Shown here piece after piece: positions 36,468 through 49,327 of a stretch of 64,000 nt of DNA. The notes under the pieces are model-generated. The model was given only the letters and a program-made list of their open reading frames with translations. It did not search any database and was not told where the DNA came from. The position numbers and the translations under genes were made by a program. Positions within the stretch are counted from its first letter, which is position 1. Every line of letters begins with the position of its first letter. Source of the stretch: a virus; the IMG/VR virus record IMGVR_UViG_3300045988_174402. One strand, 5' to 3'.

Positions 36468-38069
36468 TTATTCGAATTCAACTCAAGTCATTAAACTATC
36501 AGCATAAGCCTTCACATCGCTAGCTTCAGCAAGACCTTTAGCACTTGAACTTGCACTAGCTACAGGTTGTAGCATAGAAGTAACTGTTACTGTAGTTCCA
36601 CTTTTACTAGTTGCGATATAAGTAGCAGCAGTGCCATTAACTGCCTGAATTGCAGAATCAGCTTTAGCACCTTGAGCAGCTTTAGCATAAGTACTTGATT
36701 CGGTATAAGCCGCACTCTTAAGACCATTAACCGTACCTTTAAGCTGCTTTCCCGACATGCTAAACTTAACCTGCCCATTAGTAACATTAGTAGTATCTAC
36801 AGTAATAGCCCCAGTTTGTCCACTAAATGATATAACTCTACTCTCAGTAAGGTCAGTTATTCTATCATCCATCGATTCAAGTACACTTTGAATTGGATTT
36901 TGCCCAAAATGCTCTCCTCCCGCTTCAATATCTGCACCAGTAAGTACTACATCAGCTGATAATGGTTTACTATTAACGGTTCTTGTAGTTGGAACTTTAC
37001 CAGCTAATGCAGTATCGAGTCCAGATATTTTAGAAGTAGGTAAAGTAGGAATATCAGAATCAGTAAGACCTGTTCCAGCAGTTACTAAACCTTTGGCATC
37101 ATAGGTAATCTTACACGCTGTACCTGCTGTAATACTTGCATTTGCAGTTATTTTTCCATTAACAGTTGTTGTTAAATTATTAAATGCAGTTAAAGTAGGT
37201 ACTTCATCTTTCTTAGCGTAAGTAGATAGATCAATTGTTCCACCTAACTTATCCCACATTTCTGTTTGATTACCTGCACCAGCCTTAATTGCTACAAAGT
37301 TTGAACCAGCTTCAAAAGCTTCTCCATTTAGAGTACCTGCAGTAGCTACATTATAAACATCACCGATAACAACTCCTGTAAGGGCAGTAAGAGCTGCAGC
37401 ATTATCTACAGAACCCTTCATCTTGTACACACTACCAACAGCAGAGGCCACTTTATTGTCAACTTCTGTTTTAGTGTATGTAGTAGCTTGAGGAGCTGCT
37501 GCTTCAGCCGTAGCTTTAACTGCATTAAGAGCAGTTGTAGTAGCTTTAGCGGCTAGATCTGTAGTCAGGCTAGTTACTTTACTTTGAGGAATTTCTCCTA
37601 CAGCAAATGTAACAGTACTAGTTCCAGACTGAGTAACTGTTTTGCCATCTCCCTTATAAACAATAGCGGCAGGAATTTTGCCAATCATAGTATCTGTATA
37701 TGATTTAGCGGAACTAATTGCAGACGATTTTGCTTCATCTGTATATTTCTTCAGTCCATAATAACTCTGTATAGTTGAGGCATCTCCAGATGCTCCAATA
37801 TTTAACTTCTTTGCAAGTTCTGTAGTTACCGAAGATGCCGATGCTACATCTGATAGATTTAGAGAAATCTCTTCTCCGCTTTCATTAATAATTTTAAGGG
37901 TTTTAGCACTCTCATCCCAGCTTGCAGATTTGACGCCATCACCAAATTTATCAACAGCAGTAGCACTTGTTGCTACTTTAATCATACCTGTTGATGTTTC
38001 AAAATATATTCTACCTGCTACAAGACCACTTTCTGGAACTGTAGCAATTTTTTGAAAACTTAATTGCAT
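36468..38069 (-). CDS. tail fibre protein (533 aa)
   Basis: Track ORF 36483..38069 ends at TGA, and the true stop is TAA at 36468-36470 (LMT-W-VEFE). It carries the fibre motif MWDKLGGTIDLSTYAKK. Confidence 0.7.
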
Positions 38070-38129
38070 TCTTTTTTAAATTTTAATCTCCTCCCCTTCA
38101 CTAAATGTGAGGAAGGGAGAAATTATTAT

Positions 38130-39290
38130 TTATTCAATTTCTGATCAAAATATATCAAGCTTACCGTCTGTTCCAACTTGGATAGATGAACTTGTTGATA
38201 CTAATTTAGACATATCTACAGCTAAACCTCTAGAAGTACCTTCACCAGTTACCTTAATAGTATTATCTGGACTAGTAATAGATGTAATGCCACCTGCAAC
38301 AGCAGTTTTAATACTATCACTAAGAGCTTTCATACCTTCAGCAACTGTTTGATCTGCACCAATTTCAGCACCGCCAGTAATTGCTACTCCTACTTTTATA
38401 TTGTTACCAGCAACCCTTGCCCTGTTTACTCTAAGTCCACTTTCAGATTTTGCTAATATATTATCAGAAACAGGATCAATTTTAACATCAATAACATTCG
38501 CTTCTGAAATCTCAACAGCATCACCAGCTGTAAGAGCTTCTTGCTTATCTCCAACAGATGTTTGTAAATTCGCAATATCAGCCTTATTCGTTCTAATCTG
38601 ATTTAAATCTGTATCTGAAATTAGACCTGAGCCTTCAACCTTATCAACTTTATTTGCAAGTTGATTAGTAACAGTAGTAATCTGTCCTTCTAAAGCTGTA
38701 TCAGCTGCTTCAAGTTCTGTTTTTGCTGCAGAAATAGCGCCATCTACTTGTGATTTAGTATAGTAGCCTGAAAGATCAATTGTACCTCCCAGAGGGTCCC
38801 AAGCTGCACCATCCCAGGCATAATTTGTACCTGCAGGAGTAGTACCATGAGCAGCAACTACATTCCAAACATCACCTTTCTTATTTCCTTTAGTAGGAAG
38901 TTCTTCGTAAGTATCTTTAGTACCTTTGTAGTCAAGAGCTGCAGCTACAGAAGCTTTTAGTTCATCTACAAGAGTTTTTAAAGCTTTACCTTGTGCTGCA
39001 GAAAGAGCAGCATCAGTTCTATCACTTTCAAGTGAGTTAATAATCTCTACAACTGTGCCAGTTGCAAGAGGTTCCCAAACTCGGTTAGAACCATCAGCAT
39101 CAAAGCCTTTTAATACATAAGTGGTTTTATTTTCCTTTACATATACTAAAAGGCCTTCTACTAACTGAATAGTAGGCATTGAATCACGTTCAGCAATTGT
39201 AGCCTGAACTGTTCTATTATCTAATGGTAGATTCGCACCTAAGTCAAAACCAGAACCTACCGAAATACCTTTACCAAAAAATTCTGCCAT
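38130..39290 (-). CDS. tail fibre protein (386 aa)
   Basis: Track ORF 38145..39290 ends at TGA, and the true stop is TAA at 38130-38132 (DIF-W-SEIE). It carries the motif AWDPLGGTIDLSGYYTKSQVD. Confidence 0.7.
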
Positions 39291-39292
39291 AA

Positions 39293-40408
39293 TTAGTTAA
39301 AGTTTACATAGTAAGTACTAGGTTGCGTCATCTTACCAGATAAATATACTGTGTAATTAACAGCTTGACCATCTAAACCAGTAACCGAAACTGTACTAGT
39401 AGTATATGAACTAGTTACATCAAAGTTATTACTGTCTTTAATATTTGAAACCGATCAACCTGCAGGAGCAGCAAAACAAATATATTGTTCTGAAATTGGT
39501 CCAGCTACTTTAATTGTTTTCTTTGCAGAAGTAGTTTTAGTTAATCCTTTAATTACATCTTCTGTAATTGAAGCTGTAGAAACTAAACCTGAATAAGCAG
39601 GAATATATCCTGTTACTGTAACTGCACTTGAATCTACTGATCCTGCAGCTAAAGGAGTACCATAGTCGTTACCTTTAGAATCTTTAGGTTGAGGACCTTG
39701 TGCATGAGCAGCGTGATACTTATATGACATTGAGCCTTTAACTACCTTTGCGGGAAGTTCTTGAGATGAGCCATATAAAATATACGAATTCTCTGGATCT
39801 AAAGCTCCTGCGCGTTTTGCCTGCTCTTTTCCTGCGACTAAAATCTGGCCTTGATTAAATCCAGTATTAAAATTTGCAGCGGTTGGAGCATTTGCTCCTA
39901 CTTCCTGAGTATTTGAATAGCCCTTTAAAGAAATAGTTGCAGTTGGAGCTACAAATGTGGGATTAACTGTTGGGAAGATAAGAGTATCAAAAATTTCATC
40001 ATAACTCTTACCTGTAAGTTGTGCTACAGTTGTACCTGCGTTAATGCCCCCAAGTTTCTCTACTGTTGCTACACTAGGATCTAACGAAGATTCATAAGAA
40101 CCACTTGCTGTAGGATCTAAACTATCAAGTTTAGCTTTATCTTCTTTAGACATAAGACCATCTGCAGTAACCGTAGCTTTACCTAGTAACAAAGTTGTAG
40201 ATGAGGAATCTGTATATGTAATTACAATCCCATTAGCATTGGCATTTAATGCTACATTTGATACTTTCTTATTAGAATCGCCACCATATTCAGTGCCATT
40301 CATAATAATTTTCTTAGTATCTGTGGCAAAATAAATACCATCAGCATGCGTAGTGGAATTATAAGAAGCTTGTGGACCTCTATAAAATTTTACAACACTA
40401 TTAGCCAT
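39293..40408 (-). CDS. fibre-associated protein (371 aa)
   Basis: Track ORF 39455..40408 continues through TGA for 53 more codons to TAA at 39293-39295. Confidence 0.6.
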
Positions 40409-40419
40409 GTTTTAAAAAA

Positions 40420-42393
40420 TTAATTATTAACATCATTTCAAACCGTTGAGGTTAACTCTTCGATTTTATCTTCTAAATTTTGTATCTGTTGATCCATTTC
40501 TGCTTTAGTATAATAGTTATTCAAATCTACAGTAATTTGTCCACTTCCTCATTTTTCCCACATATAAACTTCTTCTGTAGTACTTGGAGAATGAACAACA
40601 ATATATTCTTCAAATAAGTCATGTAGAACTGTAGATTGAGCAGGAATCATATATAATTTTCCTAATTTATCTGCAGTAGGATCACCTAACTCTTCAAAGC
40701 TATTTGCAAATTTAATTTCAAATCCTGCTGTATTAGGAAATGATTTTCAAGCAGCTTCGAATTGTTCTTGATTGAGAGTACCACCAACAGCAATATAAGA
40801 ATGATATAAAAAGTCTTGGACTGAATATTGATCCATAGCTTCATCACATGGATCATACCAAATCTTATCATGCTCTGGCTCGTTATTTGGAAAATCAGAT
40901 TGGCATCCGATTGCTATATTTTCATCGCCAGGATCTCCTTTTTCTCCTTGAGGAATTCCAAATTTAAGATTTGCATCACTAATATCTGGATTTAAATCAG
41001 TTACATAAGGTTGTGCATCTGGTGCTAATTTTTCTACTTCAGAAACTACAGTTACTGTAGCAGGTTTTCCTTTAGGAACTTTTACATTTAAAGCTCATTC
41101 TCTAGGAGCATTAGTTTTATCAATTACTAATGACGGATTTTGATCTCACTCAACAGTTTCAATAGTTCCTGCATTAAATCTTGGAAGTACAGAACCAGTA
41201 GCAGTAATAACTTTACTTGATTCCATTGTAAGTTCTAAACTACCTTCTGCATCTGTAATATTAACAGACTTAATAGAATCTCCTTTTAGCTCATTTAAGT
41301 AACATAATACTGTCCATTCACTAACAGGAACTCCATCATAACCTCAAAGAATGCGATCATCTAAAAGAGTAGCAGGATCTCCAAAAACTCTAATAAGTTT
41401 AGGCGTTTTACCAGGTTCTCCTTGATCTCCAATAGATCTTCCTAGTACCTGCCAAGTAGCACCATCATTATATGATACATATCATTTATTATCCGTGATT
41501 TTAAGTATAGGACTAATTCCATCCTCTCCATCTTTACCATCACGTCCATTTCGACCATCGATTCCAGGACGACCTTCTGGGCCTCTTGCTCCAGTAGCTT
41601 GACCAATATCTTTTCATGAAGATTGGTTATCCATTGAAAGCATCCAACGGCCATTTTCTATTCGAAGATAAGGAGTTATTCCATCCTTTCCATTCTTCCC
41701 ATCTTTACCATTTACACCATCCTCACCTACAGCTTTACCTAGGTTTTCTCATTTATTATTATCATAGGAAAGCATCCAGTTACCATTTTCTATTTTGAAT
41801 ACTGGTGTTTTTCCATCAACTCCCTTTGGACCAGTGTTTCCTGTATCTCCTTTAGGTCCTTGTACAGGTACGTTTTCTTCAGTTTCTGGATCTTTTAAAG
41901 GTTCTCCGTTTACAGTTAAATAGTATAAATCACCTTTTTTTAGTAATCCAAGAATTGGAGTTTTTCCTTCTGGACCCTGAGGACCAATAATATTTGTTGA
42001 AGGAATTGAAGTAGGAGTTTCATCATCTAGTTTCCAAGAAATTATTCCATTTTTAACTTCAGGAACTCATACTTTGCCAGCAGGTCCTTCAACTCCTGCC
42101 ATTACAAAAGCTCAGAAAAGATTTGGTTTAATACCAATGATTTTATCGTTTTCTCGAACTAATTCAGGCATATTTAACGAAGATGATGTATGACTTCTAA
42201 TGCAAGACAATAAAGCTCCTTCAAATGATACAAAATCTACAATATATTCGTCATTAAAATAGTGAGTATTTGTTATTCATTCTCCCGCCATCTTAAAGGA
42301 AGTTCCCTTATAGAAATCTCTTGAATTATAAGCTCCAGAATACTCTCTTGAATTTTGTAGATCTATAGTAGGTAATATATTATTTTTTTTCAT
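40420..42393 (-). CDS. collagen-like repeat tail fibre protein (657 aa)
   Basis: ATG at 42391-42393 and TAA at 40420-42422. The whole gene was hand-translated: G-X-Y runs alternate with three ENGxWMLSxDxxxWxxxG-type units, and there are many TGA Trp codons. This explains why the track shows no real ORF here. Confidence 0.65.
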
Positions 42394-42398
42394 ATAGT

Positions 42399-45300
42399 TT
42401 ATATAACTTCGATAACTTTTTGCAAAATTACATTCTTAGTTGAAGAAAACAGTCATCCTTTATATTCTTTACCAGCAGTTACTACTACAGGATTATTTAC
42501 TAATATTTCATAGTTTGCATATCAAGTAGCAGGTTTTCCAGGAATTACTGCATTAGGTAATAATCAGATTTTTAAAGTTATACTTTGTCTTGGTAATACT
42601 GCTACATAGCTATAAGACTCTAACATATCAAATCCTGGTCGATAAAATCCTGTAGAATCAAATAGTAATGGGATATTACCGTTATTAAATATATCAATTG
42701 TATATTTTGATTTAGAACTCATATTATCAAATACAGACGCATCAATATTTAATAGTTGCACTTTTGATTTTGTAATATTAGATTCATTCATATAAACAGT
42801 AATATTCTTTAACCCAGTAAGAGTAACTGTTTGAGTAGTAGAGCTATATGTTAAGTCCAATACATCCTCATCTGAGCCGCTCATATTGCCATTTACAGAA
42901 ATATTTTTCGCATATATATTTCCGTCTGAGTCAAAAGAAATATTTCCTGTAGACATATGCCCTGTACCAGTTTCAAAATTGAACATAATATTTGGAATAA
43001 ATGTTCTAACTCCAGGTTTTTCTGGATTTGTACTATTTGCGGGTTCTCCAGGAGTAATTGGATTGAAATTTTCATAGTGGGTTGAAATCTCTCCATTTTC
43101 ATCTACACCTTGTTGACTAAACATATAAGCATCATTAAATACAGCAGAACCAATAAGAGCGTTAGGAATAATTCCAATTTTGGCATAGAGTGCTTCAAAT
43201 GCTTCTAACTTAACCCAACTGTTACTTGTATCAGTACTTGGAGATTCATTACTATGTAATGTTCCTTGCCATGTTCCCACTATATTTAAAACATAATAGT
43301 TAGCATCATTAGAATCATATACATAAGGAGTTTTATCTACAGTTCCTTGATATACAGTATTAACATTATAAATACCTTCAGGATAAATTATTTGTCCTTT
43401 AGAACCGTTCTCTCCATTTAACCCATTAGTTCCACTTAATTTAGTGGGAGTACTCCAGCTACCTTCAATTGTGCCAACTTTATCAGTATTACTTGTATAA
43501 TTTACTCTGGCTTGAATAAACCAAATATAAGGAGCCTCTTCAGTAGGAGTTGGAACCGCTAAATTCCAACCTGTCGGTTGTCTTGTCGTTCCAGGAGTAC
43601 TTGTTCCTCCATAAATTGTTGTAGTTCCTAAACAGTAACGAACTTCGATGCCAATTCCAGGTAATCCATCAACTCCGTCTTTACCTGCAGGACCAGGATC
43701 ACCAGTAACTCCAGGTTCTCCTTTTATTTTAGTCCATTTATAGTCAGATGGATCGTCACTATCATTTATATTAAAATCTACATATACTCCAATTCAAGCG
43801 CCTGGATCTTCTCCATTATTGCTTGTAAAAGTTGTACCTCCATCATTAGAGTATTTAATATGTAGATAACTTGTTTTTCCGTCTTCTCCATTAGTACCAG
43901 GAATTCCTTGATCGCCCTTTTCTCCTTGAATACCTTCAAATCTTGCCCAAGTATAGTCAGAAGGATCTGTACTATCTGCTTGAGTAAAATCTACATAAGT
44001 TCCAATATATGTACTTGGAGTTTCAGTCATTTGACTTGAAGAAGTTGGATTAGCAACAGAAGAATATTTAATATGGAAATATGTGGTTCTTCCGTCTGCT
44101 CCTGGAGTTCCAGGAATTCCATCTGTGCCATTTGTTCCATTTTCTCCACTTATAACAACTGGAGTAGTCCAGTTTGTATTTAGAGTATCATCAGGATTAA
44201 TAGTTGCTGTAGTCATCCAAAGATATCCATCTTTAGATTTTTCAGGAGGAACTATAGACCATCCTGAAGGAGTTCTTATTGTTGCATTTAATGTAGGAGG
44301 ATTTGAATTGCTTGTATTCACTGCAAATCTAAATTCTGTAAATTTACCATCTTGAGCTTGGCCATCTCTACCATTAACTGGTATTACTTCTGACCATTCA
44401 GTTACAAGCCCTGTCTCCCCATTAACCGTTCCAATACACTGCCACCAATTGCCACTAGTTGTAGGATAATCTTCCCATCCAGATGGACTAGGACTATTTC
44501 CTGTAGGTTTTGATGGTTTACTATCACTTAATTTATAAACGTATGTTTTCCAATTTGGTATTACTGCATCCTGTCCCTTTTCTCCTGTCATTTGAACAGG
44601 ATCTGACCATTCTCCAACAAGAGTAGAATCTCTAAAAGATGCTGTAATTGACCATATAATTTCAGAGGATGTGTGAATTGGAACAACTGTACTTCATACA
44701 GAACCAGGATTTGCATTAGTTTTATTTACAACAGGAGGAGTATTGACACTTCCACTCTTTGCATACATTAACTTAATACCTAATCCATCCTCTCCATTAG
44801 AACCATCAGTCCCATTTGTTCCGTCCTTGCCATTCTCTCCATCTTTACCATCAGCTCCTTTAGGTAATCCAAAACTAAATTTAAATATATCTCCTTCTAA
44901 AACTACATTAGCATTAGCTTCAGTTGTTGAAGAAACACTAGCTACTTCTGCATCAAAATTAGGAATTTCTCCGCCTTCAGAAATAGTTTTTCATTCTGTA
45001 TCATAATCTGCATCAGATTTTTTAACTAATGCTTGACCAGTAGTTCCTCCAGGAATTACTCCAATTCCATCAGAGCCATTCTTTCCATCAGTTCCATTTT
45101 GCCCAGGATCACCTGTAGCTTGGCCTATATCTTGTCAAGTTTGACCTTTATCCATTGAAAGTAGTCAACGACCGTCTTCAATTTTTAATTGTGGAGTAAT
45201 ACCATCAGTTCCACTTGGTCCGATAGGACCAATATCGCCTTTATCTCCTTTTTGACCTTTACCACTATTTCCCATAATAAAAGCTCAATACGGATTAGAT

Positions 45301-45569
45301 TCTACACCAACAATTATATCGTCTTTATAAATTAGATTCGGCTTATTTCATTCTGATGATAAATGACCTCTTAGACAATACAATAAAGCTCCTTCACAAG
45401 ATATAAAATCAATAATATGTTCATCGTTGAAATAATGAGTGTCTGGAGTTCAGGCTCCTGCCATCTTAAAAGATGTTCCTCTATAAAAATCTCTAGAACT
45501 ATACATTCTATAATAGTCTTGAGAATTTATTGCATTATCTATGATTACATTAGCATTAGATCTCTTCAT
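42399..45569 (-). CDS. large collagen-like tail fibre / host-specificity protein (1056 aa)
   Basis: ATG at 45567-45569 and TAA at 42399-42401, hand-translated. The N-terminal ~100 aa are paralogous to gene 40420..42393. It contains G-X-Y runs and two tandem Y-x-H-I-K-Y-S...YVDF...DPSDY-x-W modules. Confidence 0.65.
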
Positions 45570-45753
45570 AATATTGAATTATTTTGATTATTTCATTATT
45601 AGTTGGATTACCGTGTTCAATATAATCAATTGCATTAATTAATTCGTTCATTGTAAATAATGCTTTTTTATCAGGTAAATGCCCAATATTAATATTAATT
45701 AATTCTTGAACAAATATTTTATATAATTCATTATATAGAATTTCCACAACCAC
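45556..45753 (-). CDS. small hypothetical protein, start uncertain (GTG)
   Basis: The track ORF begins at GTG and ends at TAA 45556-45558. Confidence 0.35.
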   Translation of the reverse strand: MVVEILYNELYKIFVQELININIGHLPDKKALFTMNELINAIDYIEHGNPTNNEIIKIIQYYEEI

Positions 45754-46504
45754 AACTATTATTTATATTACCTAATTCCTCTCCACATAAAGAATTACAT
45801 GAAGATAAATTATCTAATATTCTTTGCGCTTCTGTAAAGTTCCCCATATCTTTTAGATAATCAAACACATACATAGCACTTAATAAGAAATCTCTGCGAT
45901 TCCTTAAATTTTCATCTGTTTTACATTTATCATAACTACATATTTTACTGTTATTCAACAGTAATTGCCGTTGCAAATATACTAAACATCTTTGTAATTT
46001 GCAAACACTAAAGACATTTTTTATTGGACAATAGAAAGTTTGTGAAGCCTTATTTTCTTGCACAAATTCATATGCTTCTTTATAACCAATAATTTCAGAA
46101 CTTTCAATTACTTCGTCTAATGTATATCCTTCCTGGTCTGTAATATTAGATTTATAAAGATCCCCATTTAAAAAAAATAATTCATCTATTAAATTAATAT
46201 ATTTATCAGGCTCTTTATCGTCTTGAAAATGCATTAATTGTGGAACTACTAATTTATAATAATAATAAGTTCCGTCAACATTTAATGTAAATTCAGATGC
46301 AAATCTACTTAAATAGTGTCCCCGATTATGTAATTCCTTTCTTATTTTTACTGATTCTGGAAGCAAATTTTCGTCAGTATTATAAGATAGAAATTCTAAC
46401 ATTATATACTGACTTAAATCTACACCTAAATAATCACTATTATCTACAGCAATTAATTTACAATCAGATCTAACAATTACATCAATATTTATTTTTTTAT
46501 TCAT
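45731..46504 (-). CDS. Cys-rich hypothetical protein
   Basis: Intact TGA-free ORF. The first true ATG is at 46502-46504 (MNKKINIDV), since the track start at 46513 is a TTG. Confidence 0.6.
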   Translation of the reverse strand: MNKKINIDVIVRSDCKLIAVDNSDYLGVDLSQYIMLEFLSYNTDENLLPESVKIRKELHNRGHYLSRFASEFTLNVDGTYYYYKLVVPQLMHFQDDKEPDKYINLIDELFFLNGDLYKSNITDQEGYTLDEVIESSEIIGYKEAYEFVQENKASQTFYCPIKNVFSVCKLQRCLVYLQRQLLLNNSKICSYDKCKTDENLRNRRDFLLSAMYVFDYLKDMGNFTEAQRILDNLSSCNSLCGEELGNINNSCGCGNSI

Positions 46505-46505
46505 A

Positions 46506-49050
46506 TTATACAACTTGTTTTATTTTATCATTATAAGGATTAGTATCAACTGTTTCTGCAGCTTGAATTTGAACTTGTTGCTGTTTTGTTTCAATAAGTT
46601 TATCGTTATAATCCTTATCGTTTTTAACTTTTTCTCTTTCAATAGCTACTTTTTCAGCTTCAAGTTGTAGTCTAGCTTGACTATTTTGTTCAAGTTGATT
46701 TTGTGATTGACCTAATTCCCTTTGTAATTGTTCATTTTGTTTCTGTAACTGTTGCAGATTTTGTTCATATTGCTGAAGTTGTTGCTGCAACTGAGAAACA
46801 CTATTATTTTCTTCCTTCTTAACAGCAGTAGCTTTAGCTACATAACGTTTAAGTTCGGACATACTATTGGCAGTTGCAATACTTACTGCCATATCGGGAT
46901 CTGACATTCCAGCTTTAATTAATTCAATATTAAGAGCCTTTACAGTTTCCATATCTTTAAAAGACTTAGAACTATCCTCAATATGTAAATCAAAATCTGT
47001 AAGTGTATAATGTTCAGGAAGTGCAGTAAATATTCTTGAATATTTATTACCTAACACAATAGTACCAGTAATACCATTTGGATATACTAATTTAGCTAAA
47101 TTAAGCATATCATAATTAGCTTCTTTATAAATGATATCCATGGTCTCAAAATATTGTTTAGTTAATAAACCTGACATTTTAACTCCAAGTTGAACATTAG
47201 AAACTGCATCTCTCTGTTCATATTGAGCTAATCTTTCAGGTAACACTCCTGTAATTGAAGAAGCTTGTTGTTCTACAGCTTGAATAGCTAATTGAATACC
47301 TTGAATAGCCTGAGCTTTAACAGTATCATCAAATCCATTAAAAATCGTATTAGGCATACCTTCATTACCTTCTTCCTTACTATTTATTAATGCTAAGCCA
47401 TTCTTTTTATATGCTTGCCAAGCTTTAACTCTATCAACTAATTTTTCACCTAAAAACGAAGGAATAAAAGAAATATCCATTCAATCTCCAACTCCTCCTG
47501 AAGAAGCAATAAGATTATCTCTAAAATATATAAGTAAATCATATTTCATTGTTTATTCGATATAGGTCGTTAATCTATATCCGTCTTTTTGACTGCTGCA
47601 TGTCACCATGCAGATTAGACTATATCATACAAATTTGATTTAAAATTAATTCAAATAAATTCTGTTTCATTATATTTCATAACTACTTATAATTAATTTT
47701 AAATTAAACTTGTCCCCGCGCTTCCACTTACTTAAGTGTACTCCTTTCGGATAGTCGTTGAACTTTCAAAGATATTTCTATCTAAGCTTAGCTGCTGATT
47801 GTCTTAAATTTACTATTATTCAATTTAAGGTTTTCCAGCAATTCACGGGGTTTATACAGGACTCATATAATTTAATCCTGTAGGTCCATAGTATGAGCTA
47901 TTAATGAATATGGATCTCCATTTTTATCTAAGAAAAACATTCCGTTAACAGATAATCTACATCTACTAGGACAATCTGCACTTCTTACAATATACTTTGA
48001 TTCTCCACGAGTAATATATACTTCTGAACCAATTTTTACTCCTTCATGTCTTGTTAATTCTCCAGTTTTATAATCTGCTTCAATTCATTCAACTTCATAT
48101 ACAGGAATAAGATGATTCTTTATAGGTTCTATTGAATCATAATCTCCAGGCCATCCTGGATGTGCTTCAAGTCCTGCAAGAATACCTGTATGTAAATTAT
48201 CAGCTCGTAAATTAGGCTCAGCAGGTTTACCAACATATCTAACCAAATAAGTAGGAGATGTTGAATCTGCAGTTTGTTGCATATCTCTAATTTTCTTAGC
48301 TGCTTCTGTAGTTAATTCTGATCTGAATGTATTTAAGATATCCTCTCTTGACATTCATTTTCTAATAACAACTCTCTTAGAATCTGCAAGATAAGGAGAA
48401 TTTGGATTACGTTCTATAAATGTATTAACGGGATTTAAAATTTCAATATTGACATTTGAATTACTTTCTGTAGGTTTTACTCTATAGTAACAAGTACCTG
48501 TAACAAGTAAATCTGTAAGTAATTCTGCCATTTTACGTTTTAAATCGATGTTTCTTGATTGTCTTAAATAATCAAGAATATTTTGTGCAGCAATTTCATA
48601 TTCCGAAACAAAAGATTGATCAATATCTTGTTGAATTGAGTTGATTTCTTTTTCAATAAAAGGATCATTTACAATTTCTTTATTTTCAATAATAGCTGCA
48701 ATAATGTTATTCTTTAAATACTGTTGCAAATAATTAAATACTTCTGCACTAATTTTAAGTTGCTTTTCTCTCATTATATTTGAAACAGTCTTTTCATCTT
48801 TGCAAGATACTTTTAAATCTTGATTTAAACCTAGATATTCTCCAACTAATACATCAATATGTTTCTTAATTAATGGTGTAAAACTAACTGATGTAGGAGT
48901 CCCAATTCCGTAATTTTCTTCTAGGTGTTTGAATTGATCTGCATCTCTACGACAATGATAATATCCATAAGCTTTTCTTATAGCAACTTTATCATATACA
49001 AGATTACCTATCGCATCATTAATCTTCTTTACTTCATTCTCTATCACCAT
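46506..49050 (-). CDS. putative portal protein, intron-interrupted: exon 1 47875..49050, exon 2 46506..47546 (738 aa spliced)
   Basis: Track ORFs 48355..49050 and 48085..48354, plus the open frame down to 47875, share one frame. Exon 2 contains track ORF 46506..47480. The predicted junction HTMDLQD|KYDLLIYF is in phase 0. The portal call rests on size and position beside the terminase. Confidence 0.55.
47547..47874 (-). ncRNA. group I intron (328 nt, no ORF)
   Basis: P1 helix tacaggaU|taaattatatga-Gtcctgta with a U-G pair at the splice site. P element gaattgctggaaaa lies at 47831-47844, Q and R lie within the 54-nt block 47749-47802, and S element gatatagtct lies at 47627-47636. The terminal nucleotide is G at 47547, and TAA codons block the exon frame inside the insert. 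Confidence 0.75.
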
Positions 49051-49327
49051 ATTCTAATACTATATATTGATTTCCTTCACCTGGAGTAGTCATTTCTCCA
49101 GAATAATATTTTGTTCTATCTAGTTGTCTGTTTCTAAGTTCTTTTTCAAGAAATTCGAAAAAACCTTCTTCATCACCTTCATAGACTAAAACTAATGGAG
49201 CTTTTCATTGATTCAAATCTAAACTTAATTTCCATTGATTACCATCTATAGTTAATGTAAAGTCTCCAGTGTAATATGCACACATAGCCTTTTCAATTAT
49301 TTCATATACTTTATCAACGAGTTCCAT
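49019..49327 (-). CDS. small hypothetical protein (102 aa) between terminase and portal
   Basis: ATG at 49325-49327 (MELVDKVYEII), two internal TGA codons, TAA at 49019-49021. It overlaps both neighbouring genes. Confidence 0.45.

Noticed and set aside
38087-38120. A hairpin downstream of fibre gene 38130..39290 as an intrinsic terminator.
   Set aside because: The stem is imperfect and no T-run follows it on the minus strand.
41400-45300. Short periodic repeats that could suggest a CRISPR array or tandem DNA repeats.
   Set aside because: The periodicity comes from collagen-like G-X-Y codons and duplicated protein modules inside continuous ORFs. There is no repeat-spacer architecture.
47481-48357. 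TGA-ATG junctions (48355/48354 and 47481/47480) as genuine stop-start gene boundaries that split the portal into several genes.
   Set aside because: The fragments would be 231, 89 and 324 aa pieces of one portal-sized protein in a single frame. TGA is clearly a sense codon elsewhere in the window, so the adjacent Met codons are treated as coincidental.
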